The notes below the pieces were generated by a model, which worked only from the letters and a program-made list of their open reading frames with translations, was not told where the DNA came from and did not search any database. A stretch of 64,000 nt of DNA. Source: Granulicella sp. GTDB lineage: Bacteria; Acidobacteriota; Terriglobia; Terriglobales; Acidobacteriaceae. Below, one piece after another: positions 49,177-61,487 of the stretch (its first letter is position 1; every line of letters begins with the position of its first letter). The position numbers were made by a program, and so were the translations under genes. The stretch covers positions 1-64,000 of the forward strand of contig DAHWNL010000049.1 of the NCBI GenBank assembly GCA_027339965.1, given 5' to 3'.

Positions 49177-50223
49177 TCAGCCGGCCTCAGCAAAACGAAC
49201 TCCAGACGCATGATTCTCAACCCATCCCAGCTCCCAGAGACGAAAGGCTGGGAACGGCTGGAGAGCATCTGCCAAATCGGCTCGCATTCCCGCAGGGCCA
49301 ATCAGAACCAAACCCACTCCCATGTTGAAGGTGCGATACATCTCCGGATCGTTGATGTTGCCCAGGCGCTGCATCCACTCGAAGATCGGCTGCGGATGCC
49401 AGGTGGTGCGATCGATGACCACGCCCAGGCCCTCCGGCACAATGCGCGGCACATTCTCCAGCAGCCCGCCACCGGTAATGTGCGCCATACCCTTCACCGG
49501 AATTCCCGCATCCAGAATTCGCCGCACCGGAGCGACATAGTTGGCGTGCGGGGCAAGCAACACATCGGCAATCGACTTGCCGCCCAGCTCCTCCGGCTTC
49601 TCCTGAATGCCGTAGCCACCAGCTTCAAAGATAAGCTTGCGGGCCAGGGAGAAGCCGTTGGTGTGCAAACCACTGGAGTTGATGGCGTACAAAACATCAC
49701 CGGCCACGATGTCAGCTCCGGTCAGAAGCCTCCGGCGATCGACCACTCCGGTGACGAATCCAACCACATCCAGATCTCCATCGGCGTAAACCGCGGGCAT
49801 CTCCGCCGTCTCACCACCCACCAGAGAAATTCCTGCTTCCTCACAGGCCGCGCTCATGCCGCGCACCAGGGCTTCGACTATCTTAGGTTCCACCTTATGG
49901 AACCCCAGATAGTCGAGAAAAGTGAGCGGAGTCGCTCCCATCACTACAATATCGCCCGCGACTGCCGCGACCAAATCGCGGCCCAGATCCTCATAACGGC
50001 CGGCCATCACCGTTACCTTGCTTTTGGTGCCCACGCCATCGGTGCTTTGCACCATTACCGGCTCTTCCATTCCCTTCAGGGCGTGTCCCATAGAGAACAG
50101 GCTGCCGAAAGAACCTAACCCGGTTAGCACCGCTGGTGAGTGCGTCTTCGCCACGTGTGACTTGATCCGTCGCACCGCTTCATTGCCAGCTTCTATATCA
50201 ACACCCGCGGATTTGTAATCCAT
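49177..50223 (-). CDS. purM: Phosphoribosylformylglycinamidine cyclo-ligase
   Basis: YKSAGVDI, STDGVGTK, GGETAEMP, SSGLHTNG, AHITGGG, TFNMG. Confidence 0.96.
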   Translation of the reverse strand: MDYKSAGVDIEAGNEAVRRIKSHVAKTHSPAVLTGLGSFGSLFSMGHALKGMEEPVMVQSTDGVGTKSKVTVMAGRYEDLGRDLVAAVAGDIVVMGATPLTFLDYLGFHKVEPKIVEALVRGMSAACEEAGISLVGGETAEMPAVYADGDLDVVGFVTGVVDRRRLLTGADIVAGDVLYAINSSGLHTNGFSLARKLIFEAGGYGIQEKPEELGGKSIADVLLAPHANYVAPVRRILDAGIPVKGMAHITGGGLLENVPRIVPEGLGVVIDRTTWHPQPIFEWMQRLGNINDPEMYRTFNMGVGLVLIGPAGMRADLADALQPFPAFRLWELGWVENHASGVRFAEAG

Positions 50224-50294
50224 CTTCACAGTCACTCCAGCCACCTCGTCCCCGTGTCCTTGTCTTAGACGCCGGCGCGCTTTCAGCGCTCCAG

Positions 50295-53200
50295 CTACTC
50301 AATCCATCTGCGAGCGTTGTCAAACATTCTCTGCCACGGACTATCGCTCAGTTCTCTCGTCCAGGTGTGTTGTACTCCTAAAAAAACGCGCTCCGGGTGC
50401 GGCATCAGAATCAGCGCGCGCCCATCGGCGCTGGTCAACCCTGCAATCCCATGCACGGACCCACTGGGATTTAGAGGATATTGCTCCGTTACGTTGCCAT
50501 AGCTATCAATGTAGCGCAATCCAACCACGGCATCCGTACCGATGGACTTCACGTGGCCCTCGCCGTGCGCTACGACAATCGGAATTTGCGCGCCACTCAT
50601 TCCGGCAAAAAAAATCGATGGGGACGCCTCAATCTGCACCATGCAGAGGCGCGCCTCAAAGCGTGCGGAAAGGTTGCGCTCAAACTCTGGCCACCCTTGC
50701 GCCCCCGGGATCATCTCTCGAAGCTGCGCCATCATCTGGCACCCATTGCAGACGCCCAGCGAGAAGGTCTCCGGGCGCTCGAAGAACTCCGTAAAAGCAT
50801 CCTTCAGCCGCTCATTGAAGAGGATGGTCTTCGCCCATCCACTTCCAGCTCCCAGAACATCACCGTAGGAAAACCCTCCGCAGGCGGCCAGTCCCTGAAA
50901 CTGCTCCAGTAGAACGCGGCCAGTCAGCAGATCGCTCATGGTCACGTCCTGAGCGATAAACCCGGCACGGTCAAAAGCTGCGGCCATCTCCACCTGTCCG
51001 TTCACCCCCTGCTCGCGGAGGATGGCCACACGGGGACGCGCCCCATGCACGAAAGGAGCGTTCACACGCTCGGCAAGGTCAAAGGGCACTCGCACCGCGA
51101 GTCCGGGACGGTCCGCATCCTGCAAAAGCGAAAACTCCTGCCGCGCGTTCTCTGGGTTATCGCGCAGCGATTGGATGTGAAAGCTGGTTTCCGACCATCT
51201 CTGTTGAAGAATGCTGCGTTGGTTACGATAGACAAGCTCATTGTCGCCTTTTTGCGGATCAACGATGCGTCGTACGGCGATCTCATTGCCTGGTACAGCG
51301 GTCCCTACCCGCTGCGCCATCAACCCGGCAGCCCAAAGCCGCTGTAAAACTGCCTCACTCTCCTGGCCCCTCACCTGAATCACCGCACCCAGCTCTTCAC
51401 TGAAGAGAGTCTCCAACGTTGCGATCGGCAGCGCAATCTCCAGCCCCATCTTGCCCGCAAAGGCCATCTCCAGGAGAGTAACAAAGAGGCCTCCATCGCT
51501 GCGATCGTGATAGGCCAGAATCTTTCCTTCGGCGTGAAGTTGACGCACCACGGCAAAATACGCCTTGAGCAACGCCGGTGCTGGAGCATCCGGTGATTCG
51601 TCCCCTACTTGGCCATAAACCTGCGCCAGGCAGGATCCACCCAGTCGATTCTTACCCTCCCCCAGATCGATCAGCAGAAGTTGGTTGTCTCCGGGATGAA
51701 GTTGGGGCGTCAAGGTCTGCCGCACATCACTCACCGGGGCGAAACCGGAGACGATTAACGAAAGGGGTGCAATGACTTGACGATCTTCGCCGGCCTGTCG
51801 CCATTTCGTCTTCATGGACATGGAGTCCTTGCCTACTGGGATGGTCAATCCCAGCGCGGGGCAGAACTCCATCCCCACGGCCTGAACCGCATCAAAGAGA
51901 TTTTGGTCTTCCTGCCCCTCCCCGGCGGCGGCCATCCAATTGGCAGAGAGCTTAATATCGCTGAGCTTGCCGATTGCGGCACCCGCCAGATTGGTAATCA
52001 CCTCCGCTACCGCCATGCGCGCAGAAGCTGCGGCATCGATCACCGCCAATGGCGTCCGCTCACCCATCGCCATCGCCTCGCCCCAAAAGGAGTCAAAGGC
52101 TCCGAGGGTCACGGCGCAGTCCGCCACCGGCACTTGCCAGGGGCCCACCATCTGGTCCTGGACAACGCAGCCTGTGATGCTGCGATCTCCAATCGTGATC
52201 AGAAACGACTTCGAGGCGATCGCAGGCAGGCGAAGCAACCGGTCGATCGCGTCAGCGATGCTGACTCCAGCAAGATCGAGCGGCTTATACCGGTTTCGCA
52301 CTCGCTTGAAGGCGCGCTCCATCCTGGGCGGCTTGCCAAAAAGAACCTGAAGCGGCAGATCGATGGCTCGGCTGCTCTCCATTCCTTGCACGTGGTCGTT
52401 CAAGGTTAGATGGCTCTCTTTTTCGGCATGTCCCACCACCGCGAAAGGGCATCTTTCGCGCTCGCAAATTGCTGCAAAGGTCTTGAGATCCTGTGGCGAA
52501 ACTGAGAGGACATAACGTTCCTGCGCCTCATTGCACCATACCTCGAGCGGGCTCATGCCTTCCTCTCCGCACGGAATCGCCGCCAGATCGAAACTGCCTC
52601 CGCAGCCTGCATCCTTGACCAGTTCCGGAAAGGCGTTGGACAGCCCGCCTGCGCCAACATCATGGATAAAGGCGATCGGGTTTTCCTCCCCGAGCTGCCA
52701 GCAGCGATCGATGACCTCCTGGGCTCGGCGCTCCATCTCCGCGTTGCCTCGCTGTACAGAAGCGAAGTCAAGCTCTGTGTCTCCATTGCCAGCACTGCTG
52801 GATGCTGCGCCGCCCCCAAGTCCAATCAACATCGCCGGGCCGCCCAGCACGACCAACGCATCGCCCGGCCTGATCGGCTTCTTCTCCACATGACCGGCGC
52901 GTATATTTCCCAATCCACCCGCCAGCATGATCGGCTTGTGATATCCAAAGATCATTGGCTGTCGGGAGCCATCGGCCGCAGCCACGCTAGCCTGTTCGTA
53001 GGTACGGAAGTAGCCACAAAGCGCCGGCCGGCCAAACTCGTTGTTGTAGGCTGAAGCCCCGAGCGGCCCGTCGATCATGATCTCCAGCGCTGAGGCGATC
53101 GACCCTGGCCGGCCAATCTCCTGCTCCCAGGGCTGCGGCGCTTGCGGCAGATGAAGGTTCGAAACGCTGAATCCGCAGAGTCCGGCTTTGGGTTTCGCTC

Positions 53201-54197
53201 CTCGACCCGTGGCTCCTTCATCCCGTATCTCTCCGCCAGAACCTGTGGCGGCGCCGGGCCACGGAGAGATGGCCGTGGGATGATTATGCGTCTCCACCTT
53301 GGCCAGCATATGGATCTCTTCCTCGTGGTACCGGTAAACTCCATCCTCCGGCTCCGGGAAGAACCTTCCCCCGCGGCCCCCTCGAATCACCGCAGCGTTA
53401 TCCCGGTAGGCAGAGAGAACATCCTCGCCGCCTGTGTCATAGGTATTCCGAATCATCTGGAATAGAGATCTGGCTTGCTTGACGCCGTCGATCGTCCAGT
53501 TGGCATTGAAGATCTTGTGCCGGCAATGTTCACTGTTGGCCTGCGCGAACATGTACAGCTCAACATCGGTGGGATTGCGGCCCAGGCGCAGAAACTCGTT
53601 CGCCAGATAGTCAATTTCATCGCCGGCCAAACCGAGCCCCAGGGTGCGGTCGGCAGCCAGGATCGCCTCTTTGCCCCGGCCAAGAACATCTATCTGCTCG
53701 ATGCCCTTCCGTTCTCGAGGGGAAAACAGAGCCTGTAACTCCTCCACATCCTGATAGAAGACGCTCTCGGTCATCCGATCATGCAGAGAGTCCGCAATCG
53801 TGGAGATCTTGTCGATGGCAGCGCCGCTGGCGGTCACCATTCGCACCACACGCGCGCGCTCAACTCTGGAGATTGCTTCAAAACCCGTATTGCGCAGGAT
53901 GTCGCTCGCCTTGCTGGACCATGGCGACTGCGTTCCCACGCGGGGTCCAATCCATATCCTGCTTCCGCCCTTCACCTCTGGAACGCCCTCCCGGCCTGCG
54001 CCCAGCACCTGCCCGAGCCGCGCGGAGTCGATCTGCGCCTCAGCCTCAGCGGACAGGAGGAGAAGATACAGATAGCGAGCTTCCACATGTATCATGCCGG
54101 AAGCCTCCGCAGGATGGTTGCTTTGGATACGCTGGACCAGCCTTGCCGCCTCAAATGAGGTCAGCGCCGGCGGTCCGGGTAGCACCCGCATCCTCAT
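50295..54197 (-). CDS. purL: Phosphoribosylformylglycinamidine synthase, large single-chain type
   Basis: ~1300 aa; [24 protein letters not shown], fused glutaminase domain ([13 protein letters not shown]). Confidence 0.97.
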   Translation of the reverse strand: MRMRVLPGPPALTSFEAARLVQRIQSNHPAEASGMIHVEARYLYLLLLSAEAEAQIDSARLGQVLGAGREGVPEVKGGSRIWIGPRVGTQSPWSSKASDILRNTGFEAISRVERARVVRMVTASGAAIDKISTIADSLHDRMTESVFYQDVEELQALFSPRERKGIEQIDVLGRGKEAILAADRTLGLGLAGDEIDYLANEFLRLGRNPTDVELYMFAQANSEHCRHKIFNANWTIDGVKQARSLFQMIRNTYDTGGEDVLSAYRDNAAVIRGGRGGRFFPEPEDGVYRYHEEEIHMLAKVETHNHPTAISPWPGAATGSGGEIRDEGATGRGAKPKAGLCGFSVSNLHLPQAPQPWEQEIGRPGSIASALEIMIDGPLGASAYNNEFGRPALCGYFRTYEQASVAAADGSRQPMIFGYHKPIMLAGGLGNIRAGHVEKKPIRPGDALVVLGGPAMLIGLGGGAASSSAGNGDTELDFASVQRGNAEMERRAQEVIDRCWQLGEENPIAFIHDVGAGGLSNAFPELVKDAGCGGSFDLAAIPCGEEGMSPLEVWCNEAQERYVLSVSPQDLKTFAAICERERCPFAVVGHAEKESHLTLNDHVQGMESSRAIDLPLQVLFGKPPRMERAFKRVRNRYKPLDLAGVSIADAIDRLLRLPAIASKSFLITIGDRSITGCVVQDQMVGPWQVPVADCAVTLGAFDSFWGEAMAMGERTPLAVIDAAASARMAVAEVITNLAGAAIGKLSDIKLSANWMAAAGEGQEDQNLFDAVQAVGMEFCPALGLTIPVGKDSMSMKTKWRQAGEDRQVIAPLSLIVSGFAPVSDVRQTLTPQLHPGDNQLLLIDLGEGKNRLGGSCLAQVYGQVGDESPDAPAPALLKAYFAVVRQLHAEGKILAYHDRSDGGLFVTLLEMAFAGKMGLEIALPIATLETLFSEELGAVIQVRGQESEAVLQRLWAAGLMAQRVGTAVPGNEIAVRRIVDPQKGDNELVYRNQRSILQQRWSETSFHIQSLRDNPENARQEFSLLQDADRPGLAVRVPFDLAERVNAPFVHGARPRVAILREQGVNGQVEMAAAFDRAGFIAQDVTMSDLLTGRVLLEQFQGLAACGGFSYGDVLGAGSGWAKTILFNERLKDAFTEFFERPETFSLGVCNGCQMMAQLREMIPGAQGWPEFERNLSARFEARLCMVQIEASPSIFFAGMSGAQIPIVVAHGEGHVKSIGTDAVVGLRYIDSYGNVTEQYPLNPSGSVHGIAGLTSADGRALILMPHPERVFLGVQHTWTRELSDSPWQRMFDNARRWIE

Positions 54198-54207
54198 CTC
54201 TTTTGCA

Positions 54208-55737
54208 CTAGAGATGGGCATAAAGGTTTCTTGTGATGTGGTTGGCGACATCGGAGGTATATTTGGCGGCGTCGTTGCGCTTCTGTTCCAGGGTATTGAG
54301 ATACTCTTCGGTGATATCTCCGGTGACGTAAACTCCATCAAAGACGGACGTATCAAAGTGGGTGAGATCGGGGCAAGCTTGGTGGATAGCCTCTTTGAGA
54401 TCCTCCAGATCCTGGAAGATCAGTTCGTCGGCGCCGATGTCCTTCGCCAGTTGAACCACGTCACGTCCACTGGCGATCAATTCCGAGCGAGCCGGCATGT
54501 CAATGCCGTATACGTTGGGGAACCGAACCGGCGGCGCCGCTGAAGAAACATATACCTTCTCCGCGCCCTGCTCCCGGACCATTGCGATGATCTCGCGAAT
54601 GGTGGTCCCTCGAACAATGGAGTCATCCACCAGCAGCACCTTTTTTCCTTGAAATGCTTGTGGAATCGGGTTCAGCTTGCGGCGAATCGACTGCCTGCGC
54701 TGGGCCTGTCCCGGCATGATAAAGGTTCGCCCCACATAGCGATTCCTGATTAACGCATCCCGGTAAGGCAGGTTCAATCTTGTAGCAATCTCCTGGGCTG
54801 CAATGCGGCTTGTGGACGGAATGGGAATCACCACATCGATAGGAACGTGAGACCACTCACGCTGAATCTTCTCTGCGAGCTTGGCGCCCATGTTGATACG
54901 GCACTGATAGACCGACGCTCCATCCACCACCGAATCGGGACGAGCCAGATACACGAACTCAAACAGACATGGCGCCTTTTCATGCGCCTGCAAACTAACA
55001 TGACGATAAACCGTACCCTCCAGGTCGATAAAGATCACCTCTCCCGGAGCAAGATCGTGATCCAGACGGAATCCGCTGACTTGCAGCGCCACGCTCTCCG
55101 ACGCGACCATATACTCGAGCTCCCGCGCGTCATCCGGCCCTCCCTTCTCCCCGCGAACTCCAAACACCAGCGGCCGGATGCCGTGCAGATCGCGGAAGGC
55201 GATCAATCCCACGCCGGCAACCATGGCGACCACCGCATAGCCGCCCTTGCAACGGCGATGCACCTCCTCCACAGCCGCAAAGATATCGAATTCATTGGGA
55301 TGAACCGCGCCACGGCGCGCCAGCGCGTGAGCAAAGACGTTCAGCATCACCTCGGAGTCTGAACTAGTGTTCAGATGGCGCATGTCCGTCCGAAAAAGGC
55401 TATCCACAATCTCCGAGACATTGGTCAGATTTCCGTTATGGGCAAAGATAATGCCGTAGGGAGAGTTGACATAAAACGGCTGCGCCTCCGCGACAGACGC
55501 GCAGCCGGCTGTGGGATAACGCACATGCCCCACCCCCATATCGCCCAACAATCGCGCCATGGTCTCAGCGTCAAAGACGTCGGTCAGCAGACCATTGCCC
55601 TTTTCCAAATAAAACCTGTCCTCAAAACAAGTGGCAATCCCGGCAGCATCCTGGCCACGATGCTGGAGCATCGAAAGGCTCTCGTAGATCACCGCGCTTA
55701 CCGGACTATGGCCAAAGACCCCAACAATACCGCACAT
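54208..55737 (-). CDS. purF: Amidophosphoribosyltransferase
   Basis: MCGIVG N-terminal nucleophile with no propeptide, [28 protein letters not shown]. Confidence 0.97.
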   Translation of the reverse strand: MCGIVGVFGHSPVSAVIYESLSMLQHRGQDAAGIATCFEDRFYLEKGNGLLTDVFDAETMARLLGDMGVGHVRYPTAGCASVAEAQPFYVNSPYGIIFAHNGNLTNVSEIVDSLFRTDMRHLNTSSDSEVMLNVFAHALARRGAVHPNEFDIFAAVEEVHRRCKGGYAVVAMVAGVGLIAFRDLHGIRPLVFGVRGEKGGPDDARELEYMVASESVALQVSGFRLDHDLAPGEVIFIDLEGTVYRHVSLQAHEKAPCLFEFVYLARPDSVVDGASVYQCRINMGAKLAEKIQREWSHVPIDVVIPIPSTSRIAAQEIATRLNLPYRDALIRNRYVGRTFIMPGQAQRRQSIRRKLNPIPQAFQGKKVLLVDDSIVRGTTIREIIAMVREQGAEKVYVSSAAPPVRFPNVYGIDMPARSELIASGRDVVQLAKDIGADELIFQDLEDLKEAIHQACPDLTHFDTSVFDGVYVTGDITEEYLNTLEQKRNDAAKYTSDVANHITRNLYAHL

Positions 55738-56031
55738 GATTCCTCACTCGTCTGCAACGCAACCGTTGGATCTTACCCCTTGGGACGTCTGAAGACGTTC
55801 CCTTCCTTGCCGGCCAATTGACAGCGCACATAAAACTGCATCGAGGCCACTCTTATCTCGGGAGCATTCGGCATGACAGCAGAAAAGGAGAGAAAAAGAT
55901 TCAAATAGTGGTTATAACATCATGAAACTAAATTACTTATCATCAGTAGCTCGAGAACAGGCCCGAACCTCCCTCATTCCTCATGCTTGGTTCTCCTCTT
56001 ATCATCTCCCATTCGCGTGAGGAAAGTCATC

Positions 56032-56049
56032 CCGTTCGAGCTCGAACGG
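56032..56049. repeat. Perfect 18-bp palindrome (possible terminator or binding site)
   Basis: CCGTTCGAGCTCGAACGG, ~12 nt beyond the stop codon at 56062. Confidence 0.7.
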
Positions 56050-56061
56050 TCGGGTTCAAGC

Positions 56062-57762
56062 CTAGAAATTGAAGGCGAGCCCTCCAAGAATTGCGCGTGG
56101 AACCTGACTGAGAAGCAACGTCTGGCCGTTGGGCGAATTTGCAGGTTGTTCGCCCTGATGGAGCAGGTTGGTCGCCTCCAGCAGCATATCTAGACCCTGA
56201 GGCAACAAACCTCCCGACCACAATCGTTGCCGTATATAGAAGTTGAGGTAGGCCTCGTCCGGCAGGACGTTGAACTCATTTACCTGGGTCAATGTACTCG
56301 CGGGTTGCCAACGGTACTCGATCCGCAGTTCCGTTCCCGTGCGAAGAATCTTGCCCCGCAACGCCGCGCTTGCCGCCTCCGCCATCTCTTTGCCCAGGCC
56401 GGCAGGCAGGTTTTCCAGCGTCAAGCCGTCTTTGGCTTTCCAAGCAGTTCCCCGGTCGTACTCGATCCACGCCGCTAGAGCCGAAGTCCAGGTTTGCAGG
56501 ATGCAGACGCTCAGGCCGCTTGCTGCATAACCGGGTCCTGCCAACTCAAAGATTCCTGTCGTGCGGTCTGCGATCGCCTGGGTCAACTGCAACGCCGAGT
56601 TGTTCATGACCCCGCTGCCGGCGATCGCTGCATAAGGAACTCTGTCCAGGTACGCTGAGGCCCTTAAGGCGCGGCTTCCAAAACGGCGGCTTACGGAGAT
56701 CTCTTGGTGCATACCGCTGTCATTGCGAGGGCGCCCATGCCCATTGGTTACGACGCTCAACGTCGGATTCAAGTCATCCATGTCATCGGAACGCTGCAAC
56801 TCTCGCCCCATGGCATAGCGATACTCCACCACGAGATTCTGCCCCCAAGGTATGGCGACGCGGAAGTACGGTTCCATCTCAAACTGCGCCTGCTCCAGCC
56901 TTTCGCCCTGAGCCAATGCGCCCACATCGATCAGAAGGGTGTTGCCAATGGGTATCCGCTCCGCACTGGCAACGCGTAGCAACTGGAAGCCTCCACCCGG
57001 ACTTCCATCCGTCAACTCCGGTTGCGACTGGAAGCTGCCGGCCAGCCGCGTGCTTCCACCCATTGGGTTTGCGATTCCATAGCCGGCTACCAGCGCGACT
57101 GAAGGCTGAGCGGAGGTTGACGCTGTCCGTATCTCGCCGAGATCTGCACGCAGCACAGCCGCATTCCCATTTCCCATGGTCCGGTTCAGCAGGAGAGTCT
57201 GATGGGGCCCGCCATTTCCAAATACTCCGTCTGCGTTGGAGAACAGAAGCCTTCGCTGTGAAGATGCTCGGTGAGGTCGTTCGGTACTGGATGAAGCGGG
57301 AACTCCGTCGTCCGGATCCACCCATTGCAGAAGAGGGCGGCTGGCCATGGCGCGCAGGGTCCACTTCCAGTCATCGACTGGATCGTCAGCTCGGCGACGC
57401 TGAGCTGGAAGCCAATTAGCGACGTCGAAGATACCCTGCAACGTGAGGTTAGCCACTGTTTGCACGTCAGGACGCAGACGGACGTCATTGCGCACCAAGG
57501 GAAGGAAGAAAGCGGCTGACACACGCAGTTCATACTTCCCAGGGAAAAGCTTGGTCAGGAGATATCGGCCGTGTGAATCGCTGACGGCTGTCGCCACAGT
57601 TTGGCTGTCGGGGCGGCTCATCAACTCGATGAGCGCCCCCATCTGTGGCGTCCCGTGAGCGTCTTCGACCGTTCCAGCGAGAGCTGCTGTCTGCTGGGCG
57701 TGAATCAACCCCGCGCAACCAACAAGAATCAGCCAGACCAGACTTGGGACAAATCGTTTCAC
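56062..57762 (-). CDS. Carboxypeptidase-regulatory-like domain outer-membrane protein
   Basis: Signal peptide; GTV.D..G.P..GA...PG.Y.L.V domain; DDWKWTLR; beta-barrel-like C-terminus ending in F. Confidence 0.75.
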   Translation of the reverse strand: MKRFVPSLVWLILVGCAGLIHAQQTAALAGTVEDAHGTPQMGALIELMSRPDSQTVATAVSDSHGRYLLTKLFPGKYELRVSAAFFLPLVRNDVRLRPDVQTVANLTLQGIFDVANWLPAQRRRADDPVDDWKWTLRAMASRPLLQWVDPDDGVPASSSTERPHRASSQRRLLFSNADGVFGNGGPHQTLLLNRTMGNGNAAVLRADLGEIRTASTSAQPSVALVAGYGIANPMGGSTRLAGSFQSQPELTDGSPGGGFQLLRVASAERIPIGNTLLIDVGALAQGERLEQAQFEMEPYFRVAIPWGQNLVVEYRYAMGRELQRSDDMDDLNPTLSVVTNGHGRPRNDSGMHQEISVSRRFGSRALRASAYLDRVPYAAIAGSGVMNNSALQLTQAIADRTTGIFELAGPGYAASGLSVCILQTWTSALAAWIEYDRGTAWKAKDGLTLENLPAGLGKEMAEAASAALRGKILRTGTELRIEYRWQPASTLTQVNEFNVLPDEAYLNFYIRQRLWSGGLLPQGLDMLLEATNLLHQGEQPANSPNGQTLLLSQVPRAILGGLAFNF

Positions 57763-57985
57763 CGCGCTTCAAAACCTCAAGGGCGCGTCGATGGCACTCT
57801 GACTCCACCCGGTGATTGGGCCGAGTGGGAGGCGATCAGAATGGAGCTGGCTATTGCGGTGGTGTCTTGCGTAGCTTGGCTCCCTATCGCATGGTTCCCG
57901 AGCTTCAGGATCCACGCAGACCCCTGCACGCTATGGCTTTGGTTGCCGCACATCCAGAGATTCAAAAAATGGGTTGAACAGCTTC

Positions 57986-59743
57986 CTACTCAACATTGAA
58001 TGGTGCGCTCTGGGCAATGTGCTGCTTCAGGATGCCGTCGTTCACCTTGATCGTAAGCTGGTACTTGCCCGGTTCCAGACTCGCCAGAGGCATTGTCTTT
58101 TCCAGAGTGAGTTGGTCAGCATTGGGGTTGAGCTTGTCAGTTGACTCCTGCGTGTCCAGAATCTGCTTGTTCGTGGCCAGGTCCAGAATCTGATATTCGA
58201 TTGTGGCGTCATTGCGCTTATTCTGCCCGATCCCCAGGTTGTACACCTGCATCCAGAAGTTGAGGTTCTGGTTGCGATGAAAGATCACAGGCGCGGTCAC
58301 CGTGGGCGGAACCCTTGGAATCACCTTGGTGTTGCCAATGACGAAGCTTCCCGTCCCAATGTCCTTGGAGGGCACTCGCTCCATGGAAGATGCCAGGATA
58401 AGCGATGAGGACGCCAGAAGGTCATCGTCATACTCGGGGACGTCGATGCTGCGTCTCCAGATGCCAATATGGTCCGGGTCATTCACATCCTTGATTGCAA
58501 TCTCCAGCTTGTAGCGCCCGGGAGGAAGCGGAATGGCATTCCAGTACACGGAGACATTATTCTTGGTCCGCTCCAACAGATCACTTGGCGTCTCCACCTT
58601 CACCGTATCCTCGAAGGTGTACATAATGCGATGCGTAATCGTGCTTACACGTCCAAGAATGTTGACCAACCCCACCGAATCGCCTTCTTTGGTGTTGTAG
58701 GTAATGTCACCATTGCGAATCTGCAGGGTGACCGGCACCATCACGGTACTGTTCGTGACCTTGACGTAGTCCGTTCGCACGTCAAACAGGAACGGCGGCC
58801 CGTTCAGAACCTTCGACGATGTCAGGAACTGATCCAGATCCGTGAACTGAATGGGTGGCGGAGCAAACAGCTTCGAGAAGGTATCCAGACGGTCAAACTC
58901 CTTGCCCTGCTGCGAAGAGGACATAGGCCCCGTACCCAGCTGCTCCAGACCGCCTCCAGTGAATCGATCTTTCTTTTGGGCCATACCCATCTGTTCATAT
59001 TGGGTTAGTCCGGCGCCGGGAACGTGCAGCAAGGCATCCTTTTCCGCGCGATTGATCGTTGCGTGATACTCCCCGCACATACAGGTGTCCACAAACTCAA
59101 CATCGATGTTATCGCCGATACCGGCCAGATAGCGATAGTGCCAGACCTCGAACGGATAGGTTGACGTCTCACCGCCCCCTTCATCGACGGGCCGCTCATA
59201 AGTTCCGCCCGAAGGGTGCGAATCGATGCTGTCTGGCTTTCCCCACGCTATGTAGATATGACCGCGGTCGGTCATCCAGCCCGGTTCGCCGGCAGCGAAG
59301 TGCTCATTGGCGTACTGGATGCGTGCATAGTATTCGTCGCGGAATTCGTTGTCGTTGGAGTCCGGATTGGGGTTGCGGCGCTGCCAGAATGCCTCGATGA
59401 AAGCGTCCCGCTCCTCATCGTTACTCAGGTTTTTAAAGGCGTTTTCTTCCTCGGGGGTGATGATCCATCGCACATCCTCGTTCAGCCACTTTTTGTAGTA
59501 CCCCTTGAGCTCTTCTCGAGTGGCCTTGCGGCGCTGCCGCTCCTGGCTGTACGTAAGCTTGCGGGTTAATGGGTTGGGCTTTTCTACAACCGGGGGGGCT
59601 TTGGCAGCGCCTCCGCTAGCAGGCGTCGTCTGCGCCGTAGTCTGGTCCGAAGAGGCAGATTGCCCCGGAAGTCTCGCGCCCATACAAACAAGCGCCGTGA
59701 TCGTCATTCCAGAGAGAAGATAACGTGATATCGAGTTGTTCAT
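57986..59743 (-). CDS. GWxTD domain-containing exported protein
   Basis: YKKWLNEDVRWIIT, FWQRR, PGWMTDRG, WHYRY; signal peptide after ATG 59743. Confidence 0.88.
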   Translation of the reverse strand: MNNSISRYLLSGMTITALVCMGARLPGQSASSDQTTAQTTPASGGAAKAPPVVEKPNPLTRKLTYSQERQRRKATREELKGYYKKWLNEDVRWIITPEEENAFKNLSNDEERDAFIEAFWQRRNPNPDSNDNEFRDEYYARIQYANEHFAAGEPGWMTDRGHIYIAWGKPDSIDSHPSGGTYERPVDEGGGETSTYPFEVWHYRYLAGIGDNIDVEFVDTCMCGEYHATINRAEKDALLHVPGAGLTQYEQMGMAQKKDRFTGGGLEQLGTGPMSSSQQGKEFDRLDTFSKLFAPPPIQFTDLDQFLTSSKVLNGPPFLFDVRTDYVKVTNSTVMVPVTLQIRNGDITYNTKEGDSVGLVNILGRVSTITHRIMYTFEDTVKVETPSDLLERTKNNVSVYWNAIPLPPGRYKLEIAIKDVNDPDHIGIWRRSIDVPEYDDDLLASSSLILASSMERVPSKDIGTGSFVIGNTKVIPRVPPTVTAPVIFHRNQNLNFWMQVYNLGIGQNKRNDATIEYQILDLATNKQILDTQESTDKLNPNADQLTLEKTMPLASLEPGKYQLTIKVNDGILKQHIAQSAPFNVE

Positions 59744-60051
59744 GAGTGGGCCCCGCTGCTGATATACACCCTGCCCTATTCTAGTATCGGTTATCGGCCT
59801 GCACAAGGACACCCCGCCTCGCGCTGGTATCATCCAGATAGAACTGGATTTGTTGTTCTGCCGACACGCGCCGCCGAGGGGCGGGTGCGGTGACGGCCAT
59901 CGTCGCGCCGTGTGATCTTCCGCGCCGGGCGGCTTTGCGGAACCAAGGGAAAGTCCGCAGCGTATTCGCTTCTGTCAGAATCAAATTGGGGAGTCAAGTC
60001 TCGAAACAAGGAACGGCTCCGCCAAGAGAAAGCGCTCACCACTGGTAATAT

Positions 60052-61449
60052 ATGACTGGCAAGAAGATTTCGCTGACCATTCTGCTCTTTCTTCTGGTGA
60101 CCGGCATCGTTGCCGGAACCATTGCACACAGCCGTTCGGACGTTCCGGCCGTTACCACCGGCAAAGCGGTTCGCGAAGATCTGGTGTCCACAGTAAGCGG
60201 TACCGGAGAGATCAAACCCAAAGTTCAGGTTAATGTGGGCACCACTGCCTTCGGCCGCATCACGCGCCTCTACGTGAAGGAAGGCGATCATGTAAAAGCT
60301 GGTCAACTGCTGGCGACGGTGGAGAGCCAGCAACAGGCCAGCAATGTGGCGGCCCAGAACGCGACGATCGCAGCGGCGCAGACCAACGTCGACTCTTATA
60401 TTGCCAATGAGAAGACCGCTCAGGCCAATGTCCTGGAGGCCCAGGCAGATCTGGAACAGAAGCGCTTTGACTATCAGCGCGCCCGCGCCCTTTATCAGGA
60501 CAACTTGATCGCCAAACAGGATTTCGACGCCAAGAAAGCCGCTTATGACGTGGATGTGGCCACGGTGGCCCAGCGCCAGGCGGAGGTCCGGCAGGCCAAG
60601 GCTCAGGTGGACTCGGCGCGCAGCCAGGTAAGGCAGGATATCGCCATGCTTCAAGGGGATAATTACTCGCTGGAGTTGACCCGGAGTATCGCCCCATTTG
60701 ACGGTCTGGTGACCAACGTCCCGGTGCGGGAGGGCGAAACCGTCGTCGAGGGCATCCAGAACTCGGAGGGCTCAACCCTTATGACCCTGGCGGACATGTC
60801 CGTCATTACCGCGGAAGTCAAGGTCGACGAGACCGACATTCCGAGCGTGGCTCTCGGCCAGACGGCGCTGGTCAGCGTGGATGCCTTCCCGGGACAAACC
60901 TTCACCGGAAAGGTCACGGAGGTCGGAGATCAGGCCCTGCTGAGAACCACAGGCCTGGCTACTTCCCAGTCAACCACCGGCACGGAAGAAGCCAAAGACT
61001 TTAAGGTGGTGGTTACCTTGGATCCGACCAAGGTAGACCTTAGACCCGGATTAACCTGTACGGCCAAGATCACCACCGCAAACAAGCCAAATGTTCTGGC
61101 CATTCCCATCCAGGCGCTGGTGCTGCGAGACGCCGCTGTGGAAAAAGAGTACTTTCACCGTCACGGGAAGGCCCTCTCTTCTGCTTCTGCCAGCACCAGC
61201 GGCGAGTCAAAACTGGTGCAAGGGGTCTATCAGTTGACGAACCAGGACGGTCGCCTTCGCGTCCGCTTTGTACCTGTCACCACAGGCATCGCCGGCGCCA
61301 CAGATATTGAGGTCCTCAGCGGCCTGAAGGCCAAAGATGAAGTGGTCACCGGCCATTATCGGGTGCTGCGCATGCTGCACAGCGGCACGGCGGTAAAGCG
61401 AGACAACTCCGTCGCTGTCCCACTAGCCTCGGATGACAGTTCGACCTAA
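60052..61449 (+). CDS. MacA/HlyD-like periplasmic adaptor
   Basis: N-terminal TM, VKEGD, coiled coil, APFDG, VDETDI, LRPG. Confidence 0.9.
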   Translation: MTGKKISLTILLFLLVTGIVAGTIAHSRSDVPAVTTGKAVREDLVSTVSGTGEIKPKVQVNVGTTAFGRITRLYVKEGDHVKAGQLLATVESQQQASNVAAQNATIAAAQTNVDSYIANEKTAQANVLEAQADLEQKRFDYQRARALYQDNLIAKQDFDAKKAAYDVDVATVAQRQAEVRQAKAQVDSARSQVRQDIAMLQGDNYSLELTRSIAPFDGLVTNVPVREGETVVEGIQNSEGSTLMTLADMSVITAEVKVDETDIPSVALGQTALVSVDAFPGQTFTGKVTEVGDQALLRTTGLATSQSTTGTEEAKDFKVVVTLDPTKVDLRPGLTCTAKITTANKPNVLAIPIQALVLRDAAVEKEYFHRHGKALSSASASTSGESKLVQGVYQLTNQDGRLRVRFVPVTTGIAGATDIEVLSGLKAKDEVVTGHYRVLRMLHSGTAVKRDNSVAVPLASDDSST

Positions 61450-61487
61450 GTTCTGCCCTGCCAAATCATGTCCCAGCGGAGACACTC

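Noticed and set aside
48171..50118. Long plus-strand ORFs (385 and 323 aa)
   Set aside because: Antisense shadows of purC/purM, typical of high-GC DNA.
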